47,782 nt of DNA from NCBI GenBank assembly GCA_964471535.1, contig CAYYHA010000003.1, forward strand, positions 18,031 through 65,812, in the 5' to 3' direction. The DNA comes from an uncultured Myxococcia bacterium. Its GTDB lineage: Bacteria; Myxococcota; Myxococcia; SLRQ01. Below are positions 1-14,389 of the stretch, piece by piece (position 1 is the stretch's first letter; each line of letters opens with the position of its first letter). Under the pieces are notes generated by a model. The model ran no database searches. It had not been told where the DNA came from and worked only from the letters and a program-made list of their open reading frames with translations. The translations under genes were made by a program, and so were the position numbers.

Positions 1-111
1 GATGCGAGCGATGGGCCGCGGCGCCTCTTGGGCCCGACGCGGCAGAACCCCAGCGTGGCGTGGAGTGTATCTCCGAGCCCCAGACGGGCTCGAGCCCAGA
101 GGAAGGAACCC

Positions 112-1095
112 ATGAGAAAGATCGGACCGTCCTTGCTCTTCGTGGCCGCCGGCCTCCTCCTGATCACCGGCTGCCGTTCGCGGATCACCGGCAACGAGGG
201 CAACCTCGAGTTCTCCTACGTGGCCGATGACGACATTCGAAACTTCAACAAGCCGATTGCGGTCGGCGCCCGCCTCGACCTGGAGGTTCGCACCGTGGGG
301 CGGCGGCGCCCGGTCGAGGTCCAGAAGGTCACCTCGAGCGACCCGGGTGTCCTCGATGCCGTGGCCGTGGCGGGCAGCGGCTTCACGCTCGAGGGCAAGG
401 GCGAGGGCAGCGCCGAGATCTCGGTCGAAGCCCTCGACGGCGAAGAGACGCTGACCGACTCGGTGAACATGCTCGCCCGGGTGCCCGAGGTCCTGAAGAT
501 GTACCACACCTGCGATCCGGGCAGCACCGAGGCGCTGTACCTCACCAGCCAGGAGATCTGGGTGCCCTTCGAACTGGAGATGAAGAACGGACAGCCGGTG
601 ATTGGCTACGGGTACCATCCCATCACCATCACGCCGCCCGAGGCGCTCACCCTCGATACGCAGACCAAGAACCAGCAGTACTTCGAGCTGACGACCGCGG
701 ATACGCCCCAACAGGCGACCGTGGCCTCGACGCTCGACGACACCACCCTCACCTTCACCCTGGTCGCGCCCGCGGACATCGACGGGGCGACCCTCGGCCT
801 GGGCGCCGGGGTGAACCCCGAGGTGGGCGAGAAGCACCTCTACGACATCCTGCCCACGGTCGGAGGACGGCCGGTGTGCCAGGCGAACACCGACTTCACG
901 GTGAGCACCACCACGCCGGAGATCTGCACCGTCCGCGAGATCGGGGCGCCGGACAGCGGCGACGACCGCTACCAGTACAGTTGGGTGGAGATCGAGGGCC
1001 TTGCCACGGGCACCTGCACCTTCCAGGTGGTCTTCACCGAAGGCGCCGGCGGCGCCGGTGCCACGGCGGACTTCTCGCTGACCGTGGACCCGTAG
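112..1095 (+). CDS. Putative lipoprotein with tandem Ig-like (Big_2-like) beta-sandwich domains
   Basis: ATG at 112 after AGGAAGGA; signal peptide MRKIGPSLLFVAAGLLLITG-C with lipobox; Thr/Val-rich beta segments such as 'VTSSDPGVLDAV...LEGKGEGSAEISV' and 'VSTTTPEICTV...IEGLATGTCTFQV'. Confidence 0.7.
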   Translation: MRKIGPSLLFVAAGLLLITGCRSRITGNEGNLEFSYVADDDIRNFNKPIAVGARLDLEVRTVGRRRPVEVQKVTSSDPGVLDAVAVAGSGFTLEGKGEGSAEISVEALDGEETLTDSVNMLARVPEVLKMYHTCDPGSTEALYLTSQEIWVPFELEMKNGQPVIGYGYHPITITPPEALTLDTQTKNQQYFELTTADTPQQATVASTLDDTTLTFTLVAPADIDGATLGLGAGVNPEVGEKHLYDILPTVGGRPVCQANTDFTVSTTTPEICTVREIGAPDSGDDRYQYSWVEIEGLATGTCTFQVVFTEGAGGAGATADFSLTVDP

Positions 1096-1342
1096 GAGAC
1101 CCTTTTCCACCTTCGTCCGTACACGTTCCCATACGGTCCCGAGGGAGGACGAGCCGCACGCGGCCGAGCGCGGAAGACGCCGCGCCCCGCGCTCCCGGCA
1201 ATCGCTCCCCGGGCCGTAGACCTCGCGGCGTCGGCCTCCCGGCGCCGCTGTTCTCTTTGGAGCACCGGAGGCGGCCGGTGCGGCGCCGCGCCACGGCCGA
1301 CTCGACCCTGCAGGTGCACGGCGGGTATCTTCCGCCTGGTCC

Positions 1343-2659
1343 ATGCGCCTGCCGATCCTACAGCGCGTCGCCCTGCCCGGCACCAAGGAGGAACGCCTCC
1401 AACGGCTCGAGGCGCTCCTCGCCGACGCTGCGACGGAGACCGGCTACGTGCGAGCCGACTGCGGCGAGGCGCAGTGGTACCTGTTTTGTGCCCAGGGGCT
1501 CACTTGGTGCGCCGGGTCGGAGCATGGGGATCGCCTCGTCGCGCGGGACGTGGCCGAGTTCTTCACCGCCCTCGAGGCAGCCGAACACGTCGAGTACCGG
1601 CCCACCGATCTGCCGCTCTTCCTGTGCACGGCGGTGCTCTTCCGCAAGGCACCGTCGGCACAGATTCCCACCGAACTCCTCGACGGCGACACGCTGCTGC
1701 GCCACGTGAAGCAGACGGGCAAGGACGCGGTCATCGTGGTGCGCCGGCAGGACGCGCGCAGCCTGGTCTTCTGCCGCGGGGGCCTGCCCGCCGCCCTCTA
1801 CCCGGCGGAGGGAGAGCGCTTCCCCCCCGCTTCGGACCTCGCCGACCGCATCCTGGGCTACGTCTACGAAGGGGAGAACTATCGTGAGATCACCCTCGAT
1901 CTCTATGATCAGATCGGCCTGCCTCCGGCCCCCGACGGCAAACGGAAGCCCGGTGCCTACTCGGCGCCTGCAGCCCCCGCCTACCCGGAGATTACGCTCG
2001 CGGTGCGCCTGGGTGAGCGCACCGTCTTCCACTTCCCCATGCGCAGCGAATGCATCGGGGTGGGACGCGGACTCGACAACGAGCTTCAGCTCGACAACCT
2101 CTCCGTCTCACGACGGCACGCGGTGATCCGGCGCATGGAGGACGGGAGCCTGCTGGTGGTGGACCAGGGCAGCCACAACGGGCTCCTCTACCAGGGCCGG
2201 AGCCTGGGGGAGGTGCGGCTTCGCCCGGGTGAGGAGGTGGGCATCGGCAAGTACGTCCTCGCGTACCTGCCCGAGCCTCTCGAGGCATCGCAGCGGGTCG
2301 CGCCGCCGGAGCGCCGCACCCCTGCGCTCACCGCCCGCGAGCCGACCATGGCCCTGCCGTCGAGGTCGGGGCCGCCTCCGAGGCTCCTCGCCGAGGACGG
2401 GAGCGCCTACACGGTGCGTGGGCTCGTCTTCACCTTCGGCCGGCAGCCGACCTCGGACGTGCGCCTGAAGGGGCTCTTCGTCGCCCCGGTCCATGCGCGG
2501 ATCCGCCGCACACCCGACGGCCGCTACCAGATCGAGCACGTCGCGGGCCGGCGGGCGGTGCGCGTCAACGGCGCCCCGGTGCACGAGGCCCTTCTCAGCG
2601 ACGGCGACGAGATCGAGGTGACGGGCCGGCGCTTCCGCTTCCACCATCCAGCGGGCTAG
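1343..2659 (+). CDS. Double-FHA-domain protein with an uncharacterised N-terminal (DUF4388/PATAN-like) region
   Basis: FHA1 motifs GRGLDNELQLDNLSVSRRHA...DQGSHNG; second FHA-like GRQPTSDVRL...PVHARI...VRVNG...LLSDGDEIEV. Confidence 0.8.
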   Translation: MRLPILQRVALPGTKEERLQRLEALLADAATETGYVRADCGEAQWYLFCAQGLTWCAGSEHGDRLVARDVAEFFTALEAAEHVEYRPTDLPLFLCTAVLFRKAPSAQIPTELLDGDTLLRHVKQTGKDAVIVVRRQDARSLVFCRGGLPAALYPAEGERFPPASDLADRILGYVYEGENYREITLDLYDQIGLPPAPDGKRKPGAYSAPAAPAYPEITLAVRLGERTVFHFPMRSECIGVGRGLDNELQLDNLSVSRRHAVIRRMEDGSLLVVDQGSHNGLLYQGRSLGEVRLRPGEEVGIGKYVLAYLPEPLEASQRVAPPERRTPALTAREPTMALPSRSGPPPRLLAEDGSAYTVRGLVFTFGRQPTSDVRLKGLFVAPVHARIRRTPDGRYQIEHVAGRRAVRVNGAPVHEALLSDGDEIEVTGRRFRFHHPAG

Positions 2660-2710
2660 GAAGGGCTCGCAGCGGCGCGGGGCGCGAAGCGGGCGCCGCC
2701 ACCCCGACCG

Positions 2711-5572
<2,862 letters not shown>

Positions 5573-5807
5573 CGCCGCCATAGATGGCCTCTCCCGGGGC
5601 ACCTTGCAAGCCTCCCCCCGGCGGCGGCCGAGGAGGGGCCGGAAGCGCCCCCGCGCCGGGAGCACAGCCGGACTGGGAGGCGGGGCCGGAAGTGTTGCGA
5701 TCCGGTGCGACGTGCTGCACCGAATCTCGTGCCCGCAACCGAGGATGGGGCCGCGTCTCCCGAGCCGAGCCGCGGCTTTGCTCCCAGTTCCTGCGGTATT
5801 GGCGGCC

Positions 5808-5823
5808 TGGCCTGCCCCTTGCT
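5808..5823 (+). promoter_or_regulatory. Candidate sigma-54 (-24/-12) promoter for the RpoH-like sigma gene
   Basis: TGGCCTGCCCCTTGCT = GG-N10-GC with TTGCT at -12, ending 13 nt before the ATG at 5837. Confidence 0.4.
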
Positions 5824-5836
5824 TCCTCCAAGGGGC

Positions 5837-6712
5837 ATGCAGCGCCTTAGCCGAGATACCGAGTTCCAACGCTATGCCCGGGAGGTGGGCCGCCACCCCC
5901 TCCTTTCACCCGCGGAGGAACGTGCCCTCGCCGAACGGGCGCGCGCCGGCGATGCGGAGGCGCGGCAGCGCCTCGTGGAGGCGAACCTCCGCTTCGTCAT
6001 CCGAATCGCCCTACAGTACCGGGGCTACGGGCTCCGCCTCCTCGACCTCGTGCAGGAGGGGAACATCGGGCTCATCAAGGCGATCGAGCGCTTCGAACCG
6101 GAGCGCGGTCTGCGACTGGTCACCTACGCGGTCCACTGGATTCGCGCCCAGATTCGCGCCTACATCCTCCGCGAGTGGAGCCTGGTGCGGGTGGGGGTCA
6201 CCCATGCCGAGCGCCGCCTCTTCTTCTCCCTGCCCAGCGCCCGCCGGGCCTTGGGCGACCTGGTGGAACGGGACCCGGCGCGGGCCCGGCGGATCCTCGC
6301 CGAGCGGCTGGGCGTCACGGAGGAGGCGATCCGGCAGACCGAGCGCCGCCTCTATGCCCGGGACCGATCCACGAGCAGCCCCGTCCCCGGCACCGACGAG
6401 TCGCTGCACCTCGAGGACCTCCTCGTCTCGGAGGACGAGAGTGCCCTCGAGGAGGCGACCTTGGAGGCCTTCGAGGCCCATCGGACCCGCGACGCGATCA
6501 GCCGGGCCCTCGACGCCCTCGACGAACGGCAGCGGCTCATCATCCGGCGGCGCTACCTCTCCGACGAGAAGGTGACGCTGCGGGAGTTGGGTGACGAGCT
6601 GGGGATCTCGCGGGAGCGGGTGCGACAGATCGAAGGGGCGGCTCGCCGGCGCCTCGGCGAAGCCATCGGTCGCATCGCGCCCGATCTCGCCGAAGCCGGC
6701 TCCGCCGCCTAG
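5837..6712 (+). CDS. RNA polymerase sigma factor, sigma-32/RpoH-like (myxobacterial SigB/C/E type)
   Basis: Region 1.2 [12 protein letters not shown], region 2 LVEANLRFV...[19 protein letters not shown]...[11 protein letters not shown], RpoH-box-like ERRLFFSL, region 4 [20 protein letters not shown]. Confidence 0.9.
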   Translation: MQRLSRDTEFQRYAREVGRHPLLSPAEERALAERARAGDAEARQRLVEANLRFVIRIALQYRGYGLRLLDLVQEGNIGLIKAIERFEPERGLRLVTYAVHWIRAQIRAYILREWSLVRVGVTHAERRLFFSLPSARRALGDLVERDPARARRILAERLGVTEEAIRQTERRLYARDRSTSSPVPGTDESLHLEDLLVSEDESALEEATLEAFEAHRTRDAISRALDALDERQRLIIRRRYLSDEKVTLRELGDELGISRERVRQIEGAARRRLGEAIGRIAPDLAEAGSAA

Positions 6713-6813
6713 ACGGCGCCGTCGTGGGCACGCCGCCGCCAGCGCTCGCCGGCATGTGCCGAGCGCTGGCCTGCCGATGGACGGTCCGCGCCCCACCCGG
6801 CACGCGCCTTCAC

Positions 6814-7665
6814 TCAGATGCGCAGCCGGGCGGCCAGGACGAAGGTGGCGTGGTTCTCCGTGTAGCCGCCCGGCGTCTTCCAGTGATCGTGCCGCACGTC
6901 GAGGCTGAACTGCACCGCGTTCTCGAGGATGCCGATGATGGCACTGAAGTCGACGACGAAGCGGAACTCCTCGTTCGACCACGCCTTCTGCAGCTCGATC
7001 GCGCCCACGAGCTGCGCCCAGGGCGTCAGTGTGACGCGGTCCTCCACCCGCAAGCCCCCCGAGGTGTAGGGGACGTGGGCGACCTGTCCGTCGTGGATCC
7101 CTGGCTGCACCGTCGTGTCGTAGAAGCCGAAGTTGATCTGCAGCGGTGCGACAAAATAGCTCAGCAGGTGTTGATCTCCCGGTAGGGGCACGTCGCCGGT
7201 GAAGGTGGGCAGCGTGCTTCCGACGATGCGGAAGATGGTGCCCGTCGAGTAGAACTGCCGGTCGTTCACCCAGCCGAAGGGCTCGCTGCGGACCCAGGCG
7301 TGGATCACCTCCATCCGAAAGACAGGCGGCCCCATCCCGAGACCCCCGTAGCCCTCGATGCGATAGGGCAGCATCGGATAGTCGGCGAGGTCCGCCAGCA
7401 GCATGGCCTTGGCCTGGAAGGTCAGGCCGTACCACCACCGCCACGATTTGCGCACGTCCCCGCCGAAGTAGAGGAGAAAAGGGTCGCGCTGTTGGGTGTC
7501 ACCGGGCATCGGGTCAGGCCCGGTCTCGAGGGCCACGCCGGTCCCGAGGTTGACGTGCCAGTTCACGTCCTGGATCCACTCGGGCGTGTTCATCTGCGCG
7601 GCGGCGCCGCGCGCACCGCCCGCGAGCCACAGCGCCACCGCCATCGCCATCGTCCATCTTCGCAC
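6814..7665 (-). CDS. Hypothetical secreted protein, probable outer-membrane beta-barrel
   Basis: Signal peptide ending AAA-Q; alternating hydrophobic/aromatic strands; C-terminal FVLAARLRI resembles a beta-signal. Confidence 0.55.
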   Translation of the reverse strand: MRRWTMAMAVALWLAGGARGAAAQMNTPEWIQDVNWHVNLGTGVALETGPDPMPGDTQQRDPFLLYFGGDVRKSWRWWYGLTFQAKAMLLADLADYPMLPYRIEGYGGLGMGPPVFRMEVIHAWVRSEPFGWVNDRQFYSTGTIFRIVGSTLPTFTGDVPLPGDQHLLSYFVAPLQINFGFYDTTVQPGIHDGQVAHVPYTSGGLRVEDRVTLTPWAQLVGAIELQKAWSNEEFRFVVDFSAIIGILENAVQFSLDVRHDHWKTPGGYTENHATFVLAARLRI

Positions 7666-7820
7666 GGTCCCCTCCTGCCTGTCGCCCTACTGTAGCGTGG
7701 GGCGCGATCGCGAGACCACCCATCGCCGGGAAAACCCGCGGCGCTTCCCTGCGGCCAGGTCGACCCGGGCGACGCCTCGCGCCTTGACACCCCGCTGGCA
7801 CCGCCATAGTGCCGCCCTCC

Positions 7821-10088
<2,268 letters not shown>

Positions 10089-10193
10089 TCCCGACGCGGC
10101 CCTCGCTCCGCCCTAGTGGGGCGTCGCCGGCGCGGGGGGCGCGGCGCGAGGGCCTGCGAAATCCGTGCGCTGCGATGCACCGGGCGGCGGGCC

Positions 10194-10622
10194 CTATGGC
10201 GCCGTGGTGAACTGGGAGGAGAGGGTCCTCCCCAGCGTCATGCCATCCTCGGCCGCGAGATCCGGCCCGAGGACGATGTGATAGGTGGTCCCCGGATCCA
10301 GGAGCGGCTCCTTGGAGAACTCGAGGCAGGCGGGATCCGCCTCGGTGAGCGTGGCCGTCTTGGCCACCGCATCGCCGCCGGGCGCACCATTGCCGTCGTC
10401 GACCCGAAGGGTGGCGTTGCCCAGAGTCTCCGCATCGAGGGGCCGGGTCAGGCACACCGAAACCACCCAATCCACCTCGATCCCCGTGGCGCCATCGTGG
10501 GGCGACCAGTTCACCACCCCCAGAGGCTCGGTGATGGTCACACTGGGGCTGCCGCAGGCGATGGACGTTCCAGCAGCAGCGGCCAAGGAGAGCGCGGTGA
10601 GAGCGAGGGTCGGAGCGCGCAT
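10194..10622 (-). CDS. Small lipoprotein with a bacterial Ig-like (Big_5/SbsA-type) domain
   Basis: Signal peptide with SIA-C; 'VVNWSPHDGATGIEVD...PLLDPGTTYHIVLGPDLAAEDG...SQFTT' fits the Big_5 pattern. Confidence 0.7.
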   Translation of the reverse strand: MRAPTLALTALSLAAAAGTSIACGSPSVTITEPLGVVNWSPHDGATGIEVDWVVSVCLTRPLDAETLGNATLRVDDGNGAPGGDAVAKTATLTEADPACLEFSKEPLLDPGTTYHIVLGPDLAAEDGMTLGRTLSSQFTTAP

Positions 10623-10716
10623 GGGCCGATGGTACTCAACCCGAGGCGGCGAGTGAAGCGCGTGTCCTAGTTCAGGACATATGGGACTGGGGGCCGGCCG
10701 CCAGGGCACGGGGCGC

Positions 10717-12561
10717 TCAAGGGGCGAGACCTGCGGTGGGCGGCGGGTCCAGACGTGGGAAGGTCGGATCGTAGATCTCGGCGGTGCAGGAGACGAGCGC
10801 CTCCTCCGCTGCCGCGGGATCTGCATCGATGCAGCCAGCCTCCGGGAGCGTCCGACCCACGGGAAGGTCGACGAGGCCGCCGGCGACGAGGACGCGCCCG
10901 TCGTCGAGAAGCGTCGCCGTAGGACCGATCCGGGGCGTCCGTAGGGAGAGCACCGTGCCCTCGCCATCCTCAACGATGCGCCCTTGGCTCCATTCCACGG
11001 CGACACGCTCGAGGCTGGACAAGGGTTCGAAGGGCGGGCCCGTACCACCGACCCCGCCTGTCAGCAGCACCTCCCCATCCTCCAGTGGCCCCGCTGCCGC
11101 GTGGAGCGCCCGCGGCTCGAGCAGTGCAGGTGGTTCGGTGGGAGCCAGGGAGCCTGCGCCGAGATCCAGCACCAGGGTCCACGGCCGGGGGGAGAACGCG
11201 GGCGCCGCGCGAGGGCCGTTCGTACGCTCCCGGGCGAGCCACCCGCCGCTGACGAGAATCCGCTGCCCATCGACGGGTGTGGCCGTGTGCCAGACGGGCA
11301 GATAACCCCAGGCGTCGAGACTCGGGTCCCCCGGATCGGGGAGTGGCATGACCTGCTGGGTCTCTGGCTCGTAGACCTCGGCGATCACACCGGCCTGCTG
11401 CGCATCGGGCGCCGCGGCTCCCCCGATGGTCACCAGCCGTGTCCCCATGGCCACCGTGCGCGGAGCGAAGCGCGGAAAGAGGAGCGGCGCGGAGCCTGCC
11501 TCGAGGGTTTCCCCGGCGAAGGAGGCATACGCGGGGGGATCACCGCGCCAGGTGGTACCACCGATGCCCACGGTGTTGCCGTCGCGAACGGTCGTGCCGC
11601 CCGCGATCCACACCACGCCCTCGGGGAGGGACGCGGCTCCATGCATGGCCCGGGGTCCTGCGGCCGCGACGGGAGTGGAGGTTCCGAGGAAGGGATCGAG
11701 GCGCTCGGCGAGGCGCTCCGCCATGGCGCCTCCAGAGAAGCTCTCGGGGACGAAGAGCGGGTCGCCGTCGCTGCGGAGCCGTGCCCGCTCCACCCCTCCA
11801 ACGAGCAGCACCGTTCCGTCGGGCAGGAGCGAGGCGCTGTGGAGCGCCCGCGGGACGAGGAGATCGAAGGTCTGCACCACACGCCCGACGCTGGGGTCGT
11901 AGAGATCGGCCGTGGCATCGGCGACGAGGAGGCGGCACTGAGGAACACAGGCGCTCCCCGCACCGTCCGTGAAGCCGCCACTGCTGGGATCCCACTGGCA
12001 GCTCGGGTCGCAGGAGCTTTGCGCTTCGACGAAGCGGAAGCCGCCGCTCAAAAGGACGCGACCGTCGGGCAGTTTCGTCGCCGTATGGAAGGCGCGCGGA
12101 ACCGAGAGCTGCCGGCAGGGAGGCTGCGCCGCGCCGTCGACACAGCGGATCGGCGTCAGGGCACCGCAGCGGGTGGCAAAGAGGCGCACGGGGGTGGTCT
12201 GGTCCCGTACCACCTCGACGCCCACGGCCCGGGCACACCAGCGGGGGCTTCCTGCCGCATCGTAGCCGTAGAAGTCCACCGTGCGGTCTTCACCGGCCGG
12301 CACCCTCAGGTCCGCCCCCTCGGGGTGCGTCTGCCGCGCGAAGTCGCGACACAGCTGCCCGGTGATGCCGGGCCCTGCGACGCAGACTCGGTATCCAGCG
12401 ATGTCCGGGGGCGCCTCGCCTTCGGGTGGCGGACCCACACCCAGTCCGAAGCGCAGGCGCAGCGCGAGCCCCGGCGCCTCGCTGCCACAGGCCGAGGCAC
12501 CGCCCAAGAGCACCGAGAGGAGCGCGAGGAGCGAAGCGCCCGTGCGCACACACCCTGCCAT
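10717..12561 (-). CDS. Kelch/galactose-oxidase-type beta-propeller lipoprotein
   Basis: Lipobox ASA-C; repeats PRAFHTATKLPDGRVLLSGG, PRALHSASLLPDGTVLLVGG, PRAMHGAASLPEGVVWIAGG, HTATPVDGQRILVSGG, PRIGPTATLLDDGRVLVAGG. Confidence 0.85.
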   Translation of the reverse strand: MAGCVRTGASLLALLSVLLGGASACGSEAPGLALRLRFGLGVGPPPEGEAPPDIAGYRVCVAGPGITGQLCRDFARQTHPEGADLRVPAGEDRTVDFYGYDAAGSPRWCARAVGVEVVRDQTTPVRLFATRCGALTPIRCVDGAAQPPCRQLSVPRAFHTATKLPDGRVLLSGGFRFVEAQSSCDPSCQWDPSSGGFTDGAGSACVPQCRLLVADATADLYDPSVGRVVQTFDLLVPRALHSASLLPDGTVLLVGGVERARLRSDGDPLFVPESFSGGAMAERLAERLDPFLGTSTPVAAAGPRAMHGAASLPEGVVWIAGGTTVRDGNTVGIGGTTWRGDPPAYASFAGETLEAGSAPLLFPRFAPRTVAMGTRLVTIGGAAAPDAQQAGVIAEVYEPETQQVMPLPDPGDPSLDAWGYLPVWHTATPVDGQRILVSGGWLARERTNGPRAAPAFSPRPWTLVLDLGAGSLAPTEPPALLEPRALHAAAGPLEDGEVLLTGGVGGTGPPFEPLSSLERVAVEWSQGRIVEDGEGTVLSLRTPRIGPTATLLDDGRVLVAGGLVDLPVGRTLPEAGCIDADPAAAEEALVSCTAEIYDPTFPRLDPPPTAGLAP

Positions 12562-13043
12562 CACGCCTCTTCTACCTCGAAGTAGAGGACCTCGATCTCG
12601 GCATCCTCGCGCCACCAGGTGGGGTGGAGGCCCGCGGCAACGCAGGCGCTCCCCAGATACGCCTCGCGGTCCTGTCCTGCTGCGAGACACGGCAGGTGCA
12701 CCCCCCGGTGCTCGTGGCGCCGGACGAAGAGGCCGTGGCGGCCCGGATCGAGGGAGGAGACCTCCTCGAGCGGCCGAGGCGGCCCGGTCAGCCAGAGGTC
12801 CAAGGCATCGGCCTCGCGCACTGCGACCCGCGGATCCGTACAGGCGAGATCCACCGCCCGCACGATGGCTTCGGCCGCAGGCATCGGGGTGAGGACGCCG
12901 TGGAAGCCGCGAAGCTCACGCCCCTTGCGCAGGCGCACGAAGGCGCCGCATTCGAGGGGAAGTCGCGCCGAGACCGGCGCACCCCGTAGGTGCATGAGGG
13001 CGATCTCCCGGGCGATGCGCCGCTCTTCCGGTCCCAGCTTCAT
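12561..13043 (-). CDS. Divergent AMMECR1-domain (AmmeMemoRadiSam protein A-like) protein
   Basis: [17 protein letters not shown] (cf. GAFVTL...LRGCIG), [11 protein letters not shown]...[17 protein letters not shown]...W; overlaps both neighbours. Confidence 0.75.
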   Translation of the reverse strand: MKLGPEERRIAREIALMHLRGAPVSARLPLECGAFVRLRKGRELRGFHGVLTPMPAAEAIVRAVDLACTDPRVAVREADALDLWLTGPPRPLEEVSSLDPGRHGLFVRRHEHRGVHLPCLAAGQDREAYLGSACVAAGLHPTWWREDAEIEVLYFEVEEA

Positions 13044-13465
13044 CGCTCCAATGGGGGGCGTACACCGGTCTCTCGGAAGCGCCGGTAGTCGTCCACGATG
13101 AGCCGGTGATCGAAGCACAGGGGGTCGGGCAAGCGCTCGAGGGGAAAGACGCGAGCGGCGGCGGCGTCGTCGCCGCCCTCCGGCGTCCCTTCGGCGCGCG
13201 CCAGGAAGACCACACTCACCGTGTGCCGCCGAGGGTCACGCTTCGGATCGGAGTAGACGCCGAGGAGATCGGTCAGCTCCACCTCGAGGCCGGTCTCTTC
13301 GCGGGCCTCGCGGCGAGCCGCCTCGGCCACGCGCTCGCCGCAGTCGACGAAGCCGCCGGGCAGCGCCCACCCCCGGGGTGGAAAGCGGCGTTCGACCAGC
13401 ACGATGCCCCCATCGGTCTCGATGACGATGTCCACCGTCAGCGCTGGTGTGCGTGGCTGGATCAT
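13040..13465 (-). CDS. NUDIX hydrolase (ADP-ribose pyrophosphatase-like)
   Basis: Nudix box [24 protein letters not shown]; [13 protein letters not shown] and FDH motifs. Confidence 0.92.
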   Translation of the reverse strand: MIQPRTPALTVDIVIETDGGIVLVERRFPPRGWALPGGFVDCGERVAEAARREAREETGLEVELTDLLGVYSDPKRDPRRHTVSVVFLARAEGTPEGGDDAAAARVFPLERLPDPLCFDHRLIVDDYRRFRETGVRPPLER

Positions 13466-13587
13466 GGTGCTCCCGTCTGTCGTCGTCGCGCTCCGTGCCG
13501 CCTCGCCCGGCGGGCTGCCTCTGCTGCCCTGGAGAACCGGTTCCCGCCCACCGCACTTCCAATGCGCGGCGTTCCGGGGGGCGAGGA

Positions 13588-13603
13588 TGGCACGATGCTT
13601 GAT
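13588..13603 (+). promoter_or_regulatory. Candidate sigma-54-like promoter upstream of the Cys-cluster lipoprotein
   Basis: TGGCACG-ATGC-TTGAT: consensus -24 box, -12 box with GA in place of GC; followed by AGGAGG and ATG at 13631. Confidence 0.4.
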
Positions 13604-13630
13604 AGAACAGACCTGCCAGGAGGTGAAGCG

Positions 13631-14299
13631 ATGCGACTTGCGTCCTTGCAGCGTCCAGAGGCTCGATTTTTCATCGTCGCCCTGGTTTTTTCGATGGCCG
13701 GCGTCGGCTGCGGCAGCCGCACCTACCTCTACGAGGGCGACGGGGGACCGCAGGACGCGGGCGTCGCCGACGCGGGAGACGCAGGCTCGGATGCCGGCCG
13801 CGATGCGGGCCCGGGCGCGCCCCTGCTCTTTCGGCTGAGCTTCGCATCGGACATCCCCGAGCAGATCTACATCGACGTGACCTCCTCCGGAGGCTTTGGC
13901 CCAGCCTTCCTCACCCTCTACCAGGGCGCGGGCGCCGACGCGCCGAAGGTACGCTTCGAGTCCGACTGTGCGGTCTGCCCTTGCGACAGTGGATGCACCG
14001 GCTGCCCCCTCTGCGGAGCGCCCCTTCCCTTCGTCGTCGCAATCGCCGACGGCGACGCCTACGACTACACCTGGGATCTTCGCGTCCACCCCCTCGAGTC
14101 CTGTGCCGAGGACGCGGTGTGCCAGTCGGAGGAGGCGGCGGCAGCAGGGCCCTGGCAGGCGGAGTTCTGCTGGGCGGACGAGGCCACAGGGGAGGGCCCC
14201 GAGCAGCAGCTCATCGGGCCGCTGCGCTGTGAGCGCGTCCCCTTCGACCTCCCACCTCGCGAGGCGGTGGTCGAATACCGTGTGAACTACTCGGGGTGA
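13631..14299 (+). CDS. Hypothetical lipoprotein with DAG linker and Cys cluster
   Basis: AGGAGG RBS; signal peptide GVG-C; DAG repeats; [16 protein letters not shown]. Confidence 0.7.
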   Translation: MRLASLQRPEARFFIVALVFSMAGVGCGSRTYLYEGDGGPQDAGVADAGDAGSDAGRDAGPGAPLLFRLSFASDIPEQIYIDVTSSGGFGPAFLTLYQGAGADAPKVRFESDCAVCPCDSGCTGCPLCGAPLPFVVAIADGDAYDYTWDLRVHPLESCAEDAVCQSEEAAAAGPWQAEFCWADEATGEGPEQQLIGPLRCERVPFDLPPREAVVEYRVNYSG

Positions 14300-14389
14300 A
14301 CGGCTCCCGGAGGCGCGCGGATCTCCTGCCACCCGCTCGTGGAGCGGGCGCCATGGCCCCCGGAGCGGACGACGCCCAGGGCCTAGCGC

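Noticed and set aside
7784-7812. Sigma-70 promoter for maeB (TTGACA at 7784)
   Set aside because: The -35 is perfect, but there is no convincing -10 at 16-18 nt spacing.
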